From Candidatus Bathyarchaeota archaeon (GTDB lineage Archaea > Thermoproteota > Bathyarchaeia > 40CM-2-53-6): DNA of 64,000 nucleotides. Below are positions 56,662 to 64,000 of the stretch, one piece after another. The DNA lies in NCBI GenBank assembly GCA_963733055.1, contig CAVTBR010000001.1:32001-96000 (forward strand), in the 5' to 3' direction. Made by a program: the position numbers and the translations under genes. Under the pieces are notes generated by a model. It made no database searches. It was given only the letters and a program-made list of their open reading frames with translations, and was not told where the DNA came from. Every line of letters starts with the position of its first letter. Position 1 is the first letter of the stretch.

Positions 56662-59519
56662 ATGTCTCAACAGGTCTTCCAGAACCTTTCAGAGCCGATT
56701 CGACTCGCGCTCGCCGAGTCCGGAATCCGAACGCCAACTCCGCCTCAGACAATTGCCATTCCGAAGATAATGGCGGGGGGCAACATCTTGCTCATAGCTC
56801 CGACAGGATCTGGCAAGACGGAGGCAGTTCTCCTGCCGATTCTGGACCAACTTACGAAATTGGAAAGGCGCCAAGGGATTTCGATCATCTACATTACCCC
56901 CTTGCGGGCGTTGAATCGCGACTTACTCAAGAGACTGGATTATTGGCATTCTAAACTTGGGTTTACAGTTGAAATTCGCCACGGGGATACTCCTCAGAAG
57001 GATAGACGAAGACAATCGCTCAAGCCACCCGACTTCCTGGTAACGACGCCAGAAACGCTACAAGCAATCTTGCCTGGGAAACGGATGCGGTCACACTTGA
57101 GCAATGTTCGTTGGGTGATTATTGATGAAGTTCATGAATTGGCCGGGGAGAGGCGTGGCGCACAGTTAACGGTGGGACTGGAGAGGCTAAGGAAGGTTAC
57201 GGGCAAAGATTTCCAAAGAATTGGGCTTTCAGCTACGATTGGGAACCCCGAACAGGTTGCCGGATTTGTCTCCGGCGAACGACCAGTTGAGGTGGTTCAG
57301 GTTCTGCCGCCGAAAGAAGCGAAGTATTTCGTTGAATTTCCTCACCCCACCGATGAGGACAACGTAGTGGCACAGAGCCTGTACACGGCGCCCGAAGCTG
57401 CTGCACGTTTGAACAGGATCTGGGAACTTGCTGAGAATCACGACTCAACTTTGATTTTTGTAAATAGTCGTACTAACGCTGAAACCCTTGGTTCTAAGTT
57501 TCATCAGTTAAAGCGCAACGTAGGCGTGCATCATGGCTCGCTTCCGAAGGAGGAACGAGTACGAGTGGAGAATGAGTTCAAGAGCGGAAAAATCAAAGCC
57601 TTAGTGTGTACCTCCACCCTTGAACTCGGCATCGACATTGGAAACGTGGATTTGACGATCCAGTACATGTCTCCCAGGCAAGTCTCTGCACTTATCCAAC
57701 GAGTGGGCAGGTCAGGCCACAGCCTCGACCGTGTCTCCGAAGGACAAATCATGGCCGTATCAACTGAAGATATTCTCGAATCAGTTCGCGGCCATTCAGA
57801 AAGCTTTGGAGAAGTCTGTTGAGCCGATCACGATTCATGAAAAATCGTTAGATGTACTTGCGCATCAAATCGCAGGAATCATCCTGGAATCAGACGGAGA
57901 GATTGGAGCGGACGAAACGCTTGAGCTGATTCGCCGTGCCTACCCATACCGAGAGCTCACTATGGTGGAATTCGATAGGGTAGTTGCGTTCATGGAGAAG
58001 ATGCGCTACCTCTACCATGATTCCGGCGTCCTCCGACGAGGGAGTAGGCTTCGCCAGTATTATTTCGAGAACCTCTCCATGATTCCCGACGAACGCAGGT
58101 ATCAGGTCATTGATGTTTCGACCCAACAGTCAGTAGGAATTCTCGGAGAGGAATTCATGATGACCAAGGCAAGGCTCGGCTTACATTTCATCATAAAAGG
58201 AAAAGTTTGGCAAATCGAACAGATCTCCGACGACGCAAAGGTCTACGTCACTCCAGTGGAGGACCCAACAGCAGCCGTCCCAGGATGGGACGGCGAAATG
58301 CTACCACTCCCATTCGAGCTAGCACAGAGAGTCGGCCGGCTCAGATCAGAGACCTCCGACTCCCTAGAGAAGAATGGAGTTAGCGGCGCAGTGGAACACA
58401 TCGCAAAGGCCTGGCCCACTGAACGGTTCGCAGTACGCAAAGTCGTCGAAGAACTCCACGACCACCGAGAAACCGGCGCCCCTGTCCCAACAGATGAGTT
58501 GATGTTGCTCGAAGGTTTCGATCGTTTCTTGATAATCCACGCCGCTTTCGGAGAGACGGTGAACAACACCCTCGGTGAGCTCTATGAAGAGCTGCTTTCA
58601 AGGGAAGGGTTGGTTAGGCAATGGTGGGCGGACGGATACAGGATACTTCTAGAACTAACCACAACTACCCAAGACCTATCCCTTGAAGACATGCGTAGAA
58701 AGCTATTCGAAGTAGAGCCCGGCGCTCTTGAAGGCATATTCAAAGGAGTTCTGCACAGGCACTTTCCGTTCGGATACTACATGAAATTTATCGCGGAACG
58801 TTTCGGCGCTCTTCGCCGTCGGCCTAATGTTCTCAGGAGACAACCTGAGAGAACTAGGAGTAAGGTTCAGAATGACACCAATATACGACGAAACGATTCG
58901 CGAAGCCCTAATGCTTCATGTTGATTTCCCGAGAGTGCGAGAAATCTACGGGCGCATAAAGGAGGGGGATATGGAGGTTGCAATTTTCAAGTCCCAGGAC
59001 AAACCGACCCCACTCGCATTCCACCTTCTCAACAAACACATCGACGTCCCAGAATTGATAGCGCCTGAGACCGTTGAGAGAGATACTATCGAAAGGTTGC
59101 GATTCAGTCTTGACAATATGACCGTGGACCTACTATGCTTTGAATGCGGAGAAATCAACCAGGCAGAAACCGTTAAGAAACTTTCAACGAAACCCAAGTG
59201 CAATTCATGCGGCTCGTCGCTCCTCGCCGTTTCAACTTGGTCTTCAGATTACCTCTCAAGAATCCTAGAGAAGAAACGCAAAGCCGACCCCCTCGAGGAC
59301 GATGAGCGTGAATCGCTCTCGCGGGCACGACGCTCAGCCGACCTCGTACTATCCTACGGTCGGCGAGCCATTGTCGCACAATGCGTCTATGGAATCGGCC
59401 CCCAAACGGCCAGCAGAATCTTAGCCAGAATGCATGATGACGAGAAATCATTCTACAAAGACCTCCTCCAAGCCAAGCTGAAGTTCATTACCACTCGGCA
59501 GTTCTGGGACAAACCTTAG
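56662..59519 (+). CDS. lhr: Lhr-like SF2 helicase, two +1 frameshifts (near 57787 and 58820)
   Basis: APTGSGKT, DEVH, SAT, QRVGRSGH, DVLAHQ, SMIPDE; C-terminal Zn ribbon; three overlapping ORFs form one gene. Confidence 0.87.
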
Positions 59520-59873
59520 GTAGAAAAGTAGAACTATTTCCCTTCGCTACCAAAGGTCCAAGTATTCCAAGCCAACTTAATTACCAAACAGGCAGAAGCT
59601 TCAGGGTGGTCTGACATGCACCGTTTCCACGAGCATGAATTTCATCACGCAATGCCCATGGGGACACTGCGTTGCGTGTACTGCGGTACTCCGAAGGAAA
59701 TACTTCGGTGGTACGCTGGGAATTCGAACCTCAAGACCAGACTAAGCATCTCCGCAGGCAAAGAATCGTTCCGGATGAGCAAAATTAGGCATCCGACGTT
59801 AAACTGAAAGCAAAAGTCTGGCGGAGCGCTCCGTTTTTAAAGCTAGCCCGCTCAGCCTCGACAAAATCGAGGC

Positions 59874-60596
59874 GTGACGCGAGTGGTTGGTGACCTTCAA
59901 CGCAGGCTGGTCGAACTAAGGTTCTTTGACGGCATCGAAAAGGTCGAACATGTACTCTACTCCACAGGAGACCAGTTTTGGGTGAGATTCAACCACAAAC
60001 TGGATTTCGGAAAATTCGAGGACATCTCGAAAAAACACGGGTACGTTATGGTAAACTTCGCAAGCCTACCTTCAAAGTTACCGCGGCCAATTGCAGAGAT
60101 CATGTGGAACGGCGTCAGCCACATCATAACCAAGAATTTGAACGGCTGGTCGAAGTTCACCGCATCCTTTGGATTTGAACCGGACGGAATCGCAAAAATC
60201 GCAACCGACCTACACGGCCCCTACGAACTTTTCATTACGACACAGGAGGAGGGAGTGCAGATACTCTACGAGTATCTCGGCCTCAAATATACCGCACCCA
60301 CACCACTGACGAAAGCGGTCGCCCCTCCCAAAGCTCCGACCCCAGCACCCTTGTCGAAGCCTGCCTCCCCTGCGCCTAGGCCAGTTGCTCCTCCAGTTGC
60401 TTCAGTACCAGCACCTGCCGCTACAAAACCGGTTCAAGTGGCTCCTCCACCTGCCCAACCCTCCCCCGCTACTCCACAAACGATTCCTAAAGGGCAATAC
60501 AGACCGCACGCGTGGGGCCAATTACTCACGAGTGAGCCAAAACCTGCCCAAGAGAAAGCGACTGACCAAAAAACATCGGATAACCAAAGTAGCTAG
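59874..60596 (+). CDS. hypothetical protein with Pro/Ala-rich C-terminal region
   Basis: Globular N-terminus and low-complexity PAPA/PPV tail. Confidence 0.65.
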   Translation: MTRVVGDLQRRLVELRFFDGIEKVEHVLYSTGDQFWVRFNHKLDFGKFEDISKKHGYVMVNFASLPSKLPRPIAEIMWNGVSHIITKNLNGWSKFTASFGFEPDGIAKIATDLHGPYELFITTQEEGVQILYEYLGLKYTAPTPLTKAVAPPKAPTPAPLSKPASPAPRPVAPPVASVPAPAATKPVQVAPPPAQPSPATPQTIPKGQYRPHAWGQLLTSEPKPAQEKATDQKTSDNQSS

Positions 60597-60626
60597 GCTT
60601 AAGGGTCTTCTACCATGATTTGGCCC

Positions 60627-61745
60627 TCAACTCGGCTCTGGCGGAAGGACGTCTACTTTCTTTGGTGAGACCGTAAACAATACACCCTCTTCAGTGTCGA
60701 GGGAATGTGAATACAGTACCTCACCTAGGACTCTGGAGCCGGGTTCGACGTGAATGTCAACTCCATGAATCATTGTTGCCCTGCTCCGCTCCTCCAAAAT
60801 GATGGTTTTGCCATAGATTGCTTCAACATCGGCTCTCTCGCCTACCCTTATGGTGTCGGCGTAGAGTGGTCCCCTCACTCTTCCTCGATCTCCGATGACG
60901 ATGGACTCCGCCTTGACGCCGTTCTTTGTCGAGATGGCGCCGCCAATTTCAATGTCTTTGACGCTCACAGTATCTGCATCGAGGGACCCACCGATCTCTA
61001 CTCTTCCTGCGCTCAGGACTTTCTCAACTTTACACCTACCTCCCACCTCTAAACCGTCGCTCAGGGTTAGGTTGCCGCTTACCTGCAGGACCCCACCAAC
61101 ATCAATCTCCTCGCCCTCGGCATCGCCTTCGATCTCCACCTTCCCACCTACGTCTATCTCTTCGAACTTCAGGTTGCCTGAGACATTGAAGATGCCGCCA
61201 ATGTCTATTCTTTTCCCCGTGCAATTGCCTTTCAGTCGCACGGACCCACCCACATCTATTTCGTTGAATTCAAGTGGCCCTGTGGATTCGAAGCTTCCCC
61301 CTACGTCGATATCATCAGTAACTTTACCCCCTCCCACTACAACGGAGCCACCAACATCTATCGATTCGGCGTTTACTTGCTTTGTAATTCGCACAGAACC
61401 TCCGACGTCTATTTCTTCCACGTCCGCGCCCTCCGCCGCTTCTAAAGAGCCCCCTACCTCGACCGATTCCGCCTTCAGTTGGCCGTGAATTGCAATTCGG
61501 CTCCCGGTCTGTAGCCGTGCTGCGGTTAGGGCGCCCAGTACCTCGAGGTGGCGGTCGACGTCAACATCGGCCGCTGAGAGTGATCCTGATACGTGCAGGC
61601 TGCCATCCGAGATTTTGATATCATCTGAAATCTCCAGATTCCCGCGTATGTCTAGGTCGCCGTCGCGGCCGTGCAGCTCTGAAGCTTTGAGTCCGCCTTC
61701 GAAGACTACAGGGCCTTCAGTTTCCACACGCCCATCTACGGTCAC
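60627..61745 (-). CDS. bactofilin-like polymer-forming beta-helix protein
   Basis: Many I(D/E)(V/I)GG repeats at about 17-aa period; frame extends upstream to about 61874. Confidence 0.72.
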   Translation of the reverse strand: MTVDGRVETEGPVVFEGGLKASELHGRDGDLDIRGNLEISDDIKISDGSLHVSGSLSAADVDVDRHLEVLGALTAARLQTGSRIAIHGQLKAESVEVGGSLEAAEGADVEEIDVGGSVRITKQVNAESIDVGGSVVVGGGKVTDDIDVGGSFESTGPLEFNEIDVGGSVRLKGNCTGKRIDIGGIFNVSGNLKFEEIDVGGKVEIEGDAEGEEIDVGGVLQVSGNLTLSDGLEVGGRCKVEKVLSAGRVEIGGSLDADTVSVKDIEIGGAISTKNGVKAESIVIGDRGRVRGPLYADTIRVGERADVEAIYGKTIILEERSRATMIHGVDIHVEPGSRVLGEVLYSHSLDTEEGVLFTVSPKKVDVLPPEPS

Positions 61746-62178
61746 AAGCTTGTCTTCCGCGTAGACTATGGCGTCTCTCTCGACTTCAAGGTCACCGTCA
61801 ACGTGACCGAGAGTTGCCTTTGATCGGCGTGCGACTGCTACGTCAGGCGTGGTTGTTTTCTCCTTCTTGTCTAGTGTATGGCTTGCTGCATTCTTGGCGT
61901 GTATGCAATAGCCATTTCGCGCCTAAATTCAATTCGGCTTAGGGCTTCTCGGTCTTTGCGTTCGAGTAGGTGCAGAGGTTTCGCCTTGTGGTGGTATACG
62001 TTATGTGCCTTGACCTGATTCCACGCGCTCGAGACAAGGCATAGAGTTCTTGTCCAATCAAATATCTTAGTTCGGAACATTTCAATCACAGAATGTTCCT
62101 ATGATTTTCGTCCATTAAAGGGCAGGGCACGTTGCGTAATGACAGAGGGTGGTCACAAAATGTGACTACGCAATGTGA

Positions 62179-62469
62179 TCATTGCTGGTCGCTTCCCAAG
62201 TACGTCATGAACCCCTGGACTTTCCGGTAGGCATCGAGAAATTCTAACCCTCTCCGGGTTATGTGGTAGAATCGACTTTCACCCGAAACGCGAACTGAAA
62301 GCAAACCGAAGTTTGCTAAGGATTCGAGCATGGGTTTGACTCGATCGAGCGGAAGCCCCGCACCATAGGAGATTCTTGTCACTAGAGCCCCCTCAGGGCG
62401 ATGCTTGAGCACCTCCATGATATCCGCGTAGATATCGACACGGGCCCGCTTCTTCAAGAAATACACCAC
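62179..62469 (-). CDS. winged-helix transcriptional regulator (paralog of 6275-6631)
   Basis: KKRARVDIYADIMEVLK...ITRRGLEFL. Confidence 0.8.
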   Translation of the reverse strand: MVYFLKKRARVDIYADIMEVLKHRPEGALVTRISYGAGLPLDRVKPMLESLANFGLLSVRVSGESRFYHITRRGLEFLDAYRKVQGFMTYLGSDQQ

Positions 62470-62493
62470 GTACGTTTGCTCATCCTTCTCAAC

Positions 62494-64000
62494 TCACACA
62501 CGCCCACTCTTTCTGCGGGCCTTGAGATTCATGACAAGTAGAAAAATGAAAGCTAGAGCAGAGAGAATTAACCATGGATTCTGCCATGGGTTTGTGACTT
62601 CTTGTGGGTTAGTTGTGCTATTCCACACGGCGTTAACGGTTGCTGGTGAGGCTACTTGGATTATGGTTCTCACTTGTGATTGATTCAGTCCAGTTGTCCA
62701 ATCCGAGAAGAGAACCGGTGGCTCGTTGAGCATTGGTGGTTGGACGAGGATTGTGGCTAGTGATTTTGCGTCGTACCATCCTGAGCCTGAAGTCTGCCCG
62801 TATGGCGAGTTGACCTGTAGGAGGTACTGTTGCGTGTAAATGGGGTCGAGGGCAGTGTCTCCGTCGAGGTTCAATTGCCTCGTGGTGGCGTTAGTCGAGT
62901 CTTCCCAAGCTATGAAGCGGTATCTTGAGGCGTTGCTCAAGTAAATGAACAGTTGGATCTGCATCGTGTGCTGGCCTGGAGGAGTATGAATTTCGGCCAA
63001 GCCACTGGAATTCGTGACGAATCTGGTGCCATCGAATGAGAATACTATGCCTGGGACGGAGGAGTTGACGGTCACGGTTACGAGATTACTAACTGCTACA
63101 TTTGCGGAGTATGTGTTGGAGGCTTGTGACCAGTTGCCGTTGGAGTTCTGAAGAACGAAGAAGGAAATGGATGATTCGGAGCTGTTCAGGATTGAGGGAA
63201 TCACTATGGGGACCATTCTGCTATCATTCGCTAACCCGGTTTCGCTTAGCATCAATCTTTGACCGGCGTCATAGGCAGCAAGAATCCTTTGGCCGCCTTG
63301 AGCGCTTAAAGTTAGATTGCAGTTGATTACGAAGGCTTCGCCTTCGGTTACCTTCTTTGGGGTCAGCACTGATGTTATCTGAGCCGTCGAAACTTCTGTA
63401 GAATTGCCTACAGATGAAGGCGCCAAACCGGTTGGGAGTTGAAGCACTTTCGATCTTTCAATGAACCCGACAATCAAGTTGAGGGCACGAGTGTCGTACT
63501 GCGCCAGTGGCGCGGATTGTCCAGACCTCGTGTCCAACATCTTCGATCACGTGGAATTCTTTGTGGGTGTACTGCGTTCCGACGGACCCTTTGCGCGAGG
63601 TGCTATTGAAGTACTGGCTGCCAGTGGCCTCGTAATCGGGCAAATTTCCTCCATAGATTATGAATAGATTAGTCCGTAATTCGTTTGCGTTCTTGAGCAC
63701 GTCTTGGCCAAAGGGGACTGTGATCAGGATGAGTCCGTCTTGAGTTGACCACTCTTGGGGATGAGTGAGGGTAAGTTCGGCGGTGGCGGCTTGACCCCCC
63801 ACCGAGTAACCTACTACGAAAGTATGCTGATAACCCTGCCCGATGATCCATTCGTGCACTTCTTCTATTACGCGTGTCTGCGGGGTGAAGAGTTCTTGGT
63901 AGATGGTTCGGTTCGCCGCAGGATTGAAGCCCACGGTTGACCCCTGTTGTAAAGCTAGGACACAATAGAAACTCGCTAAGTCCTGGATAAAGCGGATCGT
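62494..64000 (-). CDS. membrane-anchored extracellular alpha/beta hydrolase (5' end outside window; +1 frameshift near 63502)
   Basis: GYSVGG nucleophile elbow, GHE His; Ig-like repeats with SGSGWYD; C-terminal TM helix plus basic tail; frame open to window edge. Confidence 0.7.

Noticed and set aside
56662-59519. Programmed frameshifting or split helicase
   Set aside because: No slippery sequences, and the same single-base error pattern occurs in two unrelated genes.
59616-59807. 63-aa His-rich/CxxC ORF
   Set aside because: May be a real small zinc-binding protein, but it has only one CxxC and no other support.
60895-61488. 197-aa ORF with PPTSIS repeats
   Set aside because: Antisense shadow of the IDVGG repeats of the bactofilin-like gene.

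Overview
Archaeal chromosome segment. The evidence is ribosomal protein eL40, a tRNA-Val(CAC) with a bulge-helix-bulge intron and a DUF2153-like gene. The gene content resembles Bathyarchaeia/TACK, which is an inference. Most of the window is dense metabolic and transport genes. Three loci stand out. (1) A classical menaquinone cluster (menC divergent from menF-menD-menH-X-menB-menA) has no menE or menI in the window, and X is a family III CoA-transferase. This suggests a CoA-recycling variant of the pathway. (2) An LsrK-like (autoinducer-2) kinase lies in an operon with a class II aldolase/epimerase, a VOC protein and a TPP-dependent E1alpha/E1beta/E2 complex, with no lsrF or lsrG in the window. 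(3) A 6.35-kb tyrosine-integrase element is inserted in the 3' end of the uracil-DNA glycosylase gene (10-bp core GAGGATTTCA). It supplies a replacement C-terminus and carries a duplicated three-hairpin structure next to a nuclease-like ORF. Four +1 frameshifts are probably sequencing errors. All calls come from reading motifs by eye; no database searches were run.
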